Assembly: GCA_026023565.1 (NCBI GenBank)
Contig: JAPETS010000002.1
Coordinates: 744,001 to 808,000, forward strand
Origin: Cirrosporium novae-zelandiae
Taxonomy: Eukaryota
Direction: 5' to 3'
DNA length: 64,000 nt
Positions 1 to 11,300 of the stretch are shown here, piece after piece. Position numbers and translations under genes: made by a program. Under the pieces are notes generated by a model. It saw only the letters and a program-made list of their open reading frames with translations. It searched no databases and was not told the origin of the DNA. The number at the start of each line of letters is the position of its first letter. The first letter of the stretch is position 1.

Positions 1-67
1 CTACAGTACAGAATCAAAGGTCAGCTTCAGGACTTGAAAGTTAGAAGGTTGGGAAGGGGAAACGGAC

Positions 68-184
68 TGTGATATAAGTAGCTAGGTCGTCATCCTCATC
101 GAATTGTGATGCAATAGTACTTTTTGGTAGTAGTAGTAGTAGTAGCAGGGATATGAAAAAAGATGTTAAGCATGGTAAGAACAT
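68..184 (-). CDS. First exon of a secreted protein running off the window start (possibly arylsulfotransferase/ASST family)
   Basis: ATG at 184 gives MFLPCLTSFFISLLLLLLLPKSTIASQFDEDDDLATYIT (signal-peptide-like), then donor GTCCGT at 67, branch GCTGAC and acceptor TAG at 3-1. The ASST guess rests only on the resemblance of DDDLATYIT to fungal ASST N-termini. Confidence 0.6.
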
Positions 185-408
185 TATTCTAGAAGTTCCA
201 GAAAAAGCAAAAAAAAAAAGAACAATATGGATAGGATTATAGATCACGACAGCGGGAGCAGAATGGCGACATAAAGTCAAGGGAATATTTGGTATATGTA
301 AGTACCAGGTACCTTGGGAGTGACCCCTCCACAAGGTACAAGACGATTCCACGCCCCCAATTTCAGCATTAGTAGAAGAATGCTTAGAAGGGAGACGTTG
401 CTTGGTGG

Positions 409-467
409 AGATGGGGCTGGATGGACTGGATGGGCTCAGATGGGGACAGATGGGACAGTTGGGATTG
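409..467 (+). repeat. Degenerate ~10-nt tandem repeat (GATGGG.C.G-like, about 6 units)
   Basis: gatggggctg gatggactg gatgggctca gatggggaca gatgggaca gttgggatt. Confidence 0.6.
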
Positions 468-1855
468 AACCATTCCTTCATGCCAAGAAGCTCCGGTCAG
501 GGTAAAAGAAGCTCAAGAGGGATCAAAGAGGTGCCAAGATAGCCCGATTGAGGAATTTCCAGGGGGGGTGGACTCGACGGGGCACTCTGGGCACTTGGAC
601 CGAATTAACTTCCAGGTTGGTTGTTGCTTTTGCCAAGACCTCCGTTACTTACAGAGCCCATACCATACCACGTATATCATACAGTACCATAACTATTCAT
701 ACTTTACCTGACAGACTTCCTACCATTAGAAACCTTCATCTTTGCTACCTTTACCCGAGTTCTCCCCTTTGACTCTTCTCCTCTCTTGCGTCCTTTGCGT
801 CAAATCAATCGCGCTAACAGTCGAGGGGAGGAAAAAAAAAAGAAAAAAATTCTTGGCAGGTCTCGGACTAAAAGTGTTAACCCTAGTAAAAGGAGTACGT
901 ATGTCTTATCCATCACAAGTCGATCCAAAAGTCGATCCCAGTCTTTTCTCCCTCTCCCCCCCCAATTTATTAATCCCCACGCCTACGTATGCTACTCCAC
1001 GACTAGATCAGCATATTGCGAATGCTTTTTTTATTCTATTATTCTATTATAAATTAACGCGCTTAAGACACGAAACCTGCTACAATTTACAATTCATCAT
1101 CACATTCATGCGCACATACTCCCCAGTACGTGTGCATTCTTGTAACGGCCATCTTTATACAATCTTCACTATGACTGTGGCTGAGACCACGGCTGAAGAG
1201 ATGAGTGTCTGACGTAATCACAAAGGATCAGTGAAGACGGCAGAGTAATCCAAATTCGGACTCGATAAATCAAAATCATGAGGCTGTAGGATCAGCGGGA
1301 TTTTATCTAGACGAGTAAATAATTCCTTCTTAGTTAATTAGGACTAATTAGGGATCAATTGAGTTCGGTCAACAATTCGATTTGCCTTTCTTGGTAGATC
1401 AGATCTTTCCCGAGTCTTCCTTGACCCTTGCACATAACTTCTTGGTCCTTGGCCCCCTTGGCTGCTTGCCCGAGGAGCCTCCAAATATCCAAATGTCTTG
1501 GCTTGACTATTCCCGGCCAAAGTCAAATGTCTGTAAGCTTATCTTTCGACATCTTTTTATCCCTTTTATATCCCTTTTATGGCTTTTATGCTTTTATCCT
1601 TTAGCAACTAATTATCTTCTCTTATGAATTTATACAGAATTCAGCGTCTATCTAAGATACCAGGTAATGGGTGGAATCTCTCACAGCCATCTAAAGCACT
1701 TGCGAAACCAATCATCCCCTGCTCTGAACCGTTAATCCCACGCCCGCTAATGCTATCCATCCATTAACCGGCAATCATTTTCTAAAGGCTATCGAGTAAT
1801 CAAAAGTTCCAACCTGTCATTAAACTCATCACACGTGTATCAAAATCCCCTACAT

Positions 1856-4800
1856 CTACATGTTTCTAACTCGAGCCGCATCATCCCTTTGCTTTTCCGT
1901 CTCTGTGTTTGTCGAGAACCCCAATCCAGCTGCCTTCTTCCTTCTCCCCTTGCGGTTCCCAAATTTCTCATCAAACTTTTTGATCGCTGATAATGAACTC
2001 ATATCCTCATTGATTGATGCACTAATCTCGTCCATCGCTTTATCAAAATGCCTTTTCGTCAGAGTCCTCCGCTCGGGGTATTGATATGCTTCACTGTTTC
2101 CACTCGCTTTGGCCTCAGCTGCTCGCTCGTTCTCTTCACGGACGCAACTTAGGGCTGCTGCAACACAAAAATTCTTGAGATCAGATCCCGAATAAAGTGG
2201 TGTACGTTCTGCAAGATCCGACAACGAGACCGATGGATCAAGGATTTCGTTTTTGAGATGAATCTTGAGAATTGACTCTCTGTCCTTCTGCACTGGAAGA
2301 TCGACAAGGAGCCGACGAGGGAGACGTCTCAACACAGCATCATCCAGGTCGAATGGACGGTTGGTGGCCACCATGATAAATGCTGAGAGATCGTTGAGAC
2401 CATCCCATTCTCTGAGGAATTGGTTGATGAGATCTCTATGAGTGCTTCGGTTTACCTGTCCGTTACGCGACCCGAAAATCGCATCTGCTTCATCAATGAA
2501 CACGACACAAGGAGAAAGCTTTTTTGCAAGGGTAAAAATGGCTTTGACATTTTTTTCACCTTCCCCAACGTACATGTCGTAAACATCTGAACCACTGATA
2601 TCAAGCACAGTAGCGCCGCTTTCTTTGGCAACCGCTTTAGCGAGGAGAGTTTTACCAGTGCCAGGAGGGCCGTAGAGAAGAAGACCAGGAATTTTGTCAG
2701 TGGCAAGAACACCGTAAGTGAATGCTTCTGGTCGGACTAGAGAAAGGGTGGTTAAGGTGTTGAGGGCTTCGACGGTTTCTGGTGGAACGTGGACATCATT
2801 AAAGGTGGTATGGATGTTTTCAGCATCGATCACGCCATTTAATAGCTTCCTCTCATGCATATTACACTGTTTCCGTAATGCCTTGATCTTGTCCGCTTTC
2901 TTAGCAGGACTATCCTTTGAATGAAACGTTGGCTTCTCATCTGCTTCTGTGCTGCTTCGTTCTCGCGACCGTTCATCAGCCGCCCAGTCAAGTTTAACTG
3001 CATCACTCTCATCTATTAGACGAAGGGTATCCTCTATATGCTGTATTGACAAAGGTTCATTTCCATGCCATACACCTTGAATTATAACCGCTAATCGATG
3101 AACGAACTCTCGTGACCAAACGGTATTTTCCATTCCAGATGAAAAGATGACTGCAGAATCAAAACTCGGGTCCGAGTCAAGTTCTGCGAGGAATTTTGGA
3201 TTGTATCTTTCTTGTCCTGGGATTCGCTGCCGGAGCATTGTTCGTAAATGCCGAAGGTTGATTTCTTTGTTTCTGGTTTTCTGGTCTTGGGAAAATATTG
3301 TTTCCGTCACGCTGTACTTGAAGTTGGGGGGGGTCCCTGGAGGGATGACTATGTTTCGACCCTGGTTTGACGGAACCCTAGCTTCCGAGTCTTGTAGAGC
3401 TAGAATACCTGCTTTCGAGATGGAGGGAACTAAATCAGCTGAAGAGGTAGTTCCTACTACAACAACCTTTAAACCACGTTGTCGTTGACGATCTGCCATC
3501 TTTCTTAATTCTGATAGAACCTTGTAACCAAAAGGGGTTGTTTCAATCTCCTTATAATCTCGGATATGGATGATCAAAGGTGGGCAATCTGGTACCACTA
3601 AAACTTCACCATTAGATAGTGATGGCTCCGTAGATTCCTCAGTATGTTCCTCAGTAGATAAATTAATGTAAGCAGTGGTTTTCCGAAGCTCAAGGGCCAC
3701 GTTCTCACATATCCCCCTCTTGACCTGACAAATGGAAGACATAAAATCCAAAGATTGAGCGATCGGGTCTGGCTTGGGAGCATTGCCATCGCTGCTCGCC
3801 CACGTAAAAGGACCTTTCCCTGAGTGGGAGTCCCTGTTATTGCTTGGCACAGAGCTTTTGTTCGGCGATGAGAAGCCAAATAAGGCCTCAAGGACAGGGG
3901 ATGCGCTTCGGGATATGTTGAGAGGAATTGTAGTAATTTTGGTAACTTTTGGTGAATTAGTTGGAAATGAGTTATTTCGCTGATTGTCTGATGCGTCATC
4001 ATCATCTGCATTATCTTCCTCCATTTCTGTACCATCTTCTGACTCTCTCGCATCCTCGCTTTCAACATAATGTGTCTCATAGCCAAGCGTGGAGATTGAT
4101 CGTGAAGCAGATGTTGGAAGGATCTCTCCAGCAAGCTCGGCGATATCTTGGGAGTCAAGTTCAATAATATCCGCTTTTAATTCTCGCGCCACTGATTTGA
4201 CAATGGCATTGAGGAATAAGGCTCCCCCATCCTTAGGACATTGCAAAATAACCCGATCTGAGCTTGACTTGGGGGAAGTATGTAGGCCGGCGGATATTGT
4301 TGCCTCAACCTCTTCCCAAATAGATTTATTGACCCAATACCTCTTTTCTGCTGAAGTTTCCTTGTCGTCAGGAGCTACAGTTGATAAATCATTGGGCGTC
4401 CAGTATTTTTCTATAGTCTGGGGCTCTTTTTCGAGCTCCTCTTTTAGTATAGCATTGCGTTCTACGAACCAACTCGGCACTGCTATGGATTGAGGCTTTT
4501 CCTCCTTTGTTTTCCCATTACCATTCCGTCGCGATCTTTTCAGGCCTGAACCGTAATTCGTCCGCCGACTTTTTTCAGGGCTAGCAGCATCTTGAGTTGA
4601 TTCTGGCCCCACTAAGGATTCCCCTGGTTCTATTGTGTCATTATTAACTGGACTCGAGGAGGGTTCGGAGGGTTCTGGGGATTCTGAGGGCTCTGGTGAT
4701 TTGGTGGGATCATGGGGATCAGTGGGATCGATGGGTTCGTTGGGAGTTCGGTAGGATACCGCTGAAAGGTGAAAATGACGAGTGGCAAGAGGGAATCGGC

Positions 4801-4879
4801 GACCTGCAATTACACGACAGGCTACTGGAACAAAGGACTTATGCACTGGCAAGAGCGCCTTCCATATTGCCCTATGCAT
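1856..4879 (-). CDS. AAA+ ATPase, Msp1/spastin-like, with probable mitochondrial presequence
   Basis: 1007-aa intronless ORF; Walker A GPPGTGKT, Walker B VFIDEAD, SRH ATNRPFDLDDAVLRRLPRR; Arg-rich, acid-free N-terminus. Confidence 0.92.
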   Translation of the reverse strand: MHRAIWKALLPVHKSFVPVACRVIAGRRFPLATRHFHLSAVSYRTPNEPIDPTDPHDPTKSPEPSESPEPSEPSSSPVNNDTIEPGESLVGPESTQDAASPEKSRRTNYGSGLKRSRRNGNGKTKEEKPQSIAVPSWFVERNAILKEELEKEPQTIEKYWTPNDLSTVAPDDKETSAEKRYWVNKSIWEEVEATISAGLHTSPKSSSDRVILQCPKDGGALFLNAIVKSVARELKADIIELDSQDIAELAGEILPTSASRSISTLGYETHYVESEDARESEDGTEMEEDNADDDDASDNQRNNSFPTNSPKVTKITTIPLNISRSASPVLEALFGFSSPNKSSVPSNNRDSHSGKGPFTWASSDGNAPKPDPIAQSLDFMSSICQVKRGICENVALELRKTTAYINLSTEEHTEESTEPSLSNGEVLVVPDCPPLIIHIRDYKEIETTPFGYKVLSELRKMADRQRQRGLKVVVVGTTSSADLVPSISKAGILALQDSEARVPSNQGRNIVIPPGTPPNFKYSVTETIFSQDQKTRNKEINLRHLRTMLRQRIPGQERYNPKFLAELDSDPSFDSAVIFSSGMENTVWSREFVHRLAVIIQGVWHGNEPLSIQHIEDTLRLIDESDAVKLDWAADERSRERSSTEADEKPTFHSKDSPAKKADKIKALRKQCNMHERKLLNGVIDAENIHTTFNDVHVPPETVEALNTLTTLSLVRPEAFTYGVLATDKIPGLLLYGPPGTGKTLLAKAVAKESGATVLDISGSDVYDMYVGEGEKNVKAIFTLAKKLSPCVVFIDEADAIFGSRNGQVNRSTHRDLINQFLREWDGLNDLSAFIMVATNRPFDLDDAVLRRLPRRLLVDLPVQKDRESILKIHLKNEILDPSVSLSDLAERTPLYSGSDLKNFCVAAALSCVREENERAAEAKASGNSEAYQYPERRTLTKRHFDKAMDEISASINEDMSSLSAIKKFDEKFGNRKGRRKKAAGLGFSTNTETEKQRDDAARVRNM

Positions 4880-5363
4880 TCGCGAAAGGGAGAGAGGAGA
4901 AAGGATTTTAGAGTAGGGTCAGAGTTCTTATGATTGTTGCTTTGGAAGCTTTTATAACTTTCCTGTCCGATCCTGGCGCGCCTTGGAGCCTTAAAGCTTC
5001 AATAGATACAAAATGCCAAGTTTGTTACTAAGCTCAAATCGGTGATGCCTTGACGCCTGAATAATGGCCCCCTTGAAACCTCCATTGGTCTTAATAGTTA
5101 ATTAGGTACCTAGGTATATAATGTAATATTTATTATCCCTGTGCCTCATTACTCGATTAAGGTCCCACTAAGTGCTCAGGCGTATATGAAAGAGTAAACC
5201 GAGTGAATATAAATGACTTAGTATTTACTGTATGAAAACTCGCTCACTTTTTCTTCTCCCTATCTAAGTATAATGCCAAAAAACCATACTTCGGTTATGC
5301 ACAAGCTCCATGCTATCTATGCAGGTAACAATAATCCATCCGTATATACAGTCCCACAAATAA

Positions 5364-8300
5364 TTAAACAAGCGAACCGAGATCCCAATCATCTAGATTC
5401 AACTTATTTAGACCCCCGCCATCCAGATCCCTAATATCTAGTTCCCAACCAAGTCTCTTCAGATCCTGAAGACGTCCCACGCCATCATACACATCAAACT
5501 CATCTTCGGCTATCCACGCTGGAAGTCTCTTTGAAACCCGCTCAAATTCTAGCAATCCCTCCAGAAGCCGCGAAGTCTCCTCCTCGCGATCCCCAAGATC
5601 GTTCATCAAAACCTCCTTGTTCTGATGTCCTCTTGCAACAAAGCATCGATTATCGTGATAACTCCAGTTATTTGTTAGGGATTCCCGAAGCTCATTCCGA
5701 GCGAATGTTCGGATTGCAGCGTATTTGTTGTCGAGGGAGCCCATAGTCAAGGGTGGCTCTGTGTCAGGGATAGAGATGTCATTTTGTCCAAGTACGAGGC
5801 TGGCAAAATAGACACCGCAGTATCGCAGGAACTTGATTTGCTCGATGAGGGGCTTGATGTTACCCAAGCTACGATTAACATAATCTATGATCGGAAGCAT
5901 CTCTTGTATCATAAGAAACAAGTGAGTGAGTAAGGATAGAATTATTGGATCATTAAGTGTGTCAACGTGGTTGATAGTTGAATTAACAACAACCCCAGAT
6001 GCGATAAGAATGCTACTGATCATTCCGATAACAGAGTTAACACTCTTAGCACTGAGAATGTCGAAGTCGAATATCAAAGTCTGTAATACCTTCCTAATGG
6101 CTTCTAGTATTGGCTTTCCCAAAACCCAACTCATGGGCGTATTCATTGTCATATCAATGTATGCTGGAATAACGCCATTAATGATAAAAGCACGAAGAGT
6201 TGGATTATCATAGCTACCATCCTCGAATGTATTTGATAGAGCGGCAACTAGCTGACTGACTAGATAGCCTTGTCGATTGTCGGCAGCTGCTCGTTCCGAA
6301 GTTGTTTGGATAAAAACGACTAGTTGCTTTGGAGTTCGTGGGTCTGAAAGTCTTAACCCATAACTCCTTAACCTTCCAACTACATATGTAGGGTCCTTTG
6401 CAGGAAGAGGGAATGCCGATGAATCCGTAAAGAAATTGTCTACTGGACATATATCGGATGTGTGCTCTTGGAGGAGTTCAACGACTTGATGCACAAAAGT
6501 GATATAGGAGCCTTTAGGTGAACCAATACCCAATTCTTGATAATTGGTTTTCATCGCCATCATCATACTCTTGAGTAGCTCTTTATAGTCATGGCGGAGG
6601 CTGATTGCACGACTATGATCTGTGACTTCAATCTCGAATAAAGTAACTCTCATATTGGATAGAAGGGTAGAGATGAGTTGTAGTCTGTGTTGTCGGAAAT
6701 CCGGTGCGGATATTGAATGTCCTTCTCCTGTAGACTTAATGAATGGGAAATTCACAACCAAGGGATCCTTGAGGTCAGCATTTAAGATGGCAGTGGTGAG
6801 CTGATGCTGATACTTCAAGACAGATTCACGCTCGATAAGCGCCTTCATCCAAGCGCTTAAAAATAGCATTCTGTTGTCTTCATAGCACTCAATATTAGTG
6901 TCAATGATCTTGGCCATGAAATACGCAGCATATTTGCGAGTTTGCTCAGTATCTCTCAAGGAACCCCAGGATGCACGATCATATGACCCAAGATAGTTCT
7001 CCCAACCTTTCTTCTTACTCTTGACTAGCATGCCTGCCACAGAAGTCCAAGTATCAATTAACGTTCTTAGGAGTATGTCACCGGGAGTATTGTCTGCACC
7101 AAAAGCGTTTGACAACAGCCGGGCAAGAGGCTCCTCAATTACTATAATAAGGTGCTTAGCTGCATTGGATTCTATGTCTTGCTCCACGAAATTTTCAAAC
7201 TCATCCCAGTTACCATATTCTTGACTATCTTCGCTATCTTGCTGAGGTGCTTCGATAGCTTCAGATCGCTTGAATGCGTCGAGGGCAGATGAAACTATAC
7301 CTAAAGCCTGGATAACGATTCCGTTGACACGGGGATGCTTGGAATCAAACAATGAGAACACATCTGAGACTGACGACATCGTTAAAAGGGTCGTAACGGC
7401 GGAGGAGTTTTTGGTTGAGAATATTGCAACCTTCAGTGATTCTAAAGCATGACTTATGATAGCCTCCACATGTCGCTGGTTATTTGCGATAGTGCTTTCC
7501 AGAACCGTAGGAGTGACTTTGAATCTAGCATTAGTCGGTACGGAGGTATACTGCACTTCCGCCTCTGTGCGCGCCGTACTATGTTGCTGGACCATCTGCC
7601 TAGTGAAATCATCATGCCATTTTGCAAAAGGAGTTAAAGTCTCGTTTGATTCATCAGTAGACAATTGAAATTTGACTAGATTTTCCCAGGAACGCATACT
7701 GAGATGGCAAGCTTGAGTATGAGAACTGGCAGGGTCTACCAGACCTTGAATGACATCAATCTTTGGCCGGGAATCGGGGGGTGACGCCCAGTACAGTATG
7801 CAAAGAAGATCCTGATGATTCCGCAAAGCATCCAAGTCTTCTTGGCGGACCTCTTCCTCCTTAGGGTAACGGCGTCCATGATTTGGCATCAATCTCCATA
7901 CGAGACCCCTGATCTGCTTATCAGGAACCTTATGGTCTCGCATAGCTTTCAAGCTCGACGCAATGATTTTGAGAAGAATATGAAAGGCGAGATCCCTTTG
8001 GTCTAACCCTAAACCAGGATTTTTGTCAAGCTCCTCGAGGAATAATGGCGAACCCCAGTTTTCCTCGTGACGAAGGTGCGCTAGGTTGTTACGGGCAAAG
8101 AAATCAAAGAGTGCTCCGATGATAACATCAGCCTTCCACCAACCCCAGGCCTTGATGAGATGAAGGCAGCGACCCAAGAGTGTACGTATGTAACGGTTGA
8201 GTGATGATGATCGTCCTTCGCGTTGGGGGTAAAAATCCAGAACACGATTAACTAGACGTTTCACGAGTAACCAATTTTCTAAGGGACGAGTAAATCGGCA

Positions 8301-11300
8301 CCCTATCTCGAGATTGCCCGAGCTATCAATCTCACCTAGCGGAAGTAAAGAGAATATGAGACGCCAAAAGTTTTCTAGATCAGGCAAGCTATTCAGATTC
8401 TCGGGAGCAGTATTGTGGCTCAACAAGCCCACGTTGATGAGCTCGCAGAATTTCTTTTTTGGCGCAGGGAGCTGGGCATGTACATGACGTGCAATAATCA
8501 CCGCTTCTGCTTCGATACATTTATCTTTAATACCAGCTTCGCGCTGGCACGGCTGCTTATTCGTAGTAAGGAGGTCTTGAATCTTCCGTATTCTTTCCTC
8601 AGTGACACAAGCGGAACAGATATATTGGATAATGCCATCAATGAGATGTCTTATTTCTTGTTTGATTTCCGGTTCGGTTAAGGGATGCTCAGAAATTTGT
8701 AGTAGCTGGTAGCATATTACAAGGAGATGAACCGAGAGACCAACTGGAAATTCGTCCTTGTTTGCATCATTTTGTTGAAGGCTAGAAAGGCGATCCCAAG
8801 TTCCTTTCAATAAGACTAAAAGCCTCTGTATAAACGAACATCGGTCAACTGGATCCAAAAAGCTCAGATGGTAGTTGATATAGCAGACGACTGAGTTCAT
8901 AAGATGGAAAATACTAAGACCATGGCATAAGTTATCACCAGTGGAGGTATGTTGGCCGTGATCAAGAAACTCTTCGGTCGACGAGAAAACTATTCCAATC
9001 TCAGAGGACACATTCTCATCCCACGCTCCCCATCGATAAGTTTTAGAGTTGACTGTGATTAAGCTACTACCACTAAGTGTGTCTAGATCACGTGACGTCA
9101 CAAACTTGAGGCTTCTCGCGAACTCACCACTTCCAAGCATAGTATTTGCGTGAAAGAAGGTGCCAAGACGAAATGGAACAGTGTCAAAGTCGATGGTATA
9201 TTTGGTATTGTACGGCCCAAGACCTTGTAATGTATGACTAGGGTTTTCAAAATTGGAAGGCAAATTTGCAATGTCCTGGTTATCGTCTTGGATCGACGAA
9301 TCTAGTATTGGTGGATCGAGTTCAACAGAAATCCGGACGGGAGCTCGCTTTCGAGGAACATTTCTTCTGAAATGATTTTCGGAAAATGAACTATCATTGT
9401 GAACGGAGAGACTAATAGGGGCCTCTGGAAGGTTCACTACGTCCTCGTCTTCAAGAAATTTCCTAAGGGGGATGCTTTTATCGACCGATCGTTTGAGCCC
9501 GGGCCTAGGATTTTCAGCTAGGAGAGCACGAAGACCTCGGCGAACAGGAGGAGGATATATAGGCTGTGCTACTTCTAGTTGAGCAGCTCTTGGTATACGA
9601 CCATCCAGGAAGGCAGAAGAGAGATATCCTCTACCTATTTTTCGAACACTCTGACTTATATGGTTCGATATGCGGGTCGCAAGACTCGTTTCGCTGGTGT
9701 TTGAAGTTATACTGGATTTTAAGGCCTTTGAAGATATTCTTGTAAGCCGCTGCTGACGAGGTCGAGGCGATGGAGAGGAGGCTTTATTCACATCTTTGAT
9801 CCTTGTAAAAGCACTCGTTACAAAGCTATCGTAAGGGGCATTACCCGTTGATTGCTCAAGCGACTTCCTTTCAGTACTAAATACTTCTCCTTTTTTGCTT
9901 TTTGACTTCGTTGGCTGAATTGTGCCTGCCCTCCAATTCCGAAGCACCTTTTGTGCATCTTCTGTATCTTTGATATTACTCAACTTTACAAATTTACTGC
10001 CTGGACTATGTCTGGATTTATCCAATCGCTTTTCAGCGCACCGAGCAGCAATTCGGAGAAATTGAGGTGCATTCTGATGTGAGGGAAGAGAATTGCTCAT
10101 TCCATCCAGAATCCCGAGATGTGGAGGCCGTTTCCTCTTTGATTTTGATGTCCTCTGTGCCTTAAGATGTTCCGTAATCTTAGGTTGCCTCTTCGAGCTA
10201 TTGTGGTACTTTTGGAGAGAAGTTGATTGTTTGGACTTGACCCTCTCTCCTAAATATCGTTTAGAGAGTCTGGGTTGCCCTTTCCTGTGCCCTGAAGCGT
10301 AATGCTCCGAGTCCCTTTGTCGTCTAGAGGGGAACATTGGATCAACATGATCTTCTTCAATGACATCATCTACATCTTCTCCAGATCCATTTTTTTCCCC
10401 GTGGCTATAGCTCGCCTGTAACTGGAACTGGATAACCTTTCGAGGGGAGGTATCCAGAGCAGAACCAGAAGAATCATCTGATATGTCGATAACTTGATTA
10501 TCTCTAGGTTGTAAACCGGACTTGATTTTCCCTCGTCTTGTGATCTTGATAGCTACTCCACGACGAGCAGGGGTCCTGTTTGGAGAAGGAGTTCTCCTAT
10601 GTTGCCAGGTTTGGATCTTTGGCCGAGTTTTCAGATCTAACTTCAGCCAGGAGGCGGGTAAAACACCCTTGATCTTGTGCTGAGCATGCTGCAACTGACT
10701 CTCGTCATCCTCGGAAGAGTTCCCAGCAGCAGTCTGGGTTGATCTGGCGGTTCCTCCCGAGTTTTTCTCGGAATCTGAGTTAGAACTAGAGGGGGTATCT
10801 ATAGCTAGTGGTTTTCGAGGCTCAGAAGGGGTCGTTAGAGTTTGAAAATGCATAGGAGATAAACCTCGAGGTAGTTGAAACTTAGCCGAAGATCCAGGGG
10901 GCTCGGGGGGGGAGGAATTGCCTTTAGAGGGCGGAGGTGATAATGGCTCATCATGGGGCGCAGCAGTAGAATCAGTAATGATGCTCCCACTCCTTCTAAT
11001 TCTTTTAATATTTGAACTAGTCAGGATTGGCGATGATGACTCGCTTCTCCGAGAAGTAGTAGTGAGGGTCCTTGAAGCTTGTCCCTTCTTATAATTTTGG
11101 TTCTGAGTAGCAGATGACACCCGATCTTTTCCTAAGGCCTTTTTGATTTTGCGACGTTTATGGGTTTGCCGGACTTGTCCCCGTGGTTGACGGGACCCTA
11201 ACTGATCAATGCCAGGGAACTCATCGTCGCTTATTGAAATGTCATAAATCGAAGTATACCTGGGGGGTTTTGGAGAAACACCGGGAGGTATTCGAAAGAC

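Noticed and set aside
41..481. 146-aa ORF taken as a whole gene
   Set aside because: Only 184-68 looks coding; the upstream part has a non-ATG start and a simple repeat, and the end runs into an intron.
878..885. TAACCCTA, resembling a telomerase RNA template
   Set aside because: Only 8 nt; the same word occurs inside coding regions here (near 8004 and 19393), and I could not identify a pseudoknot or three-way junction.
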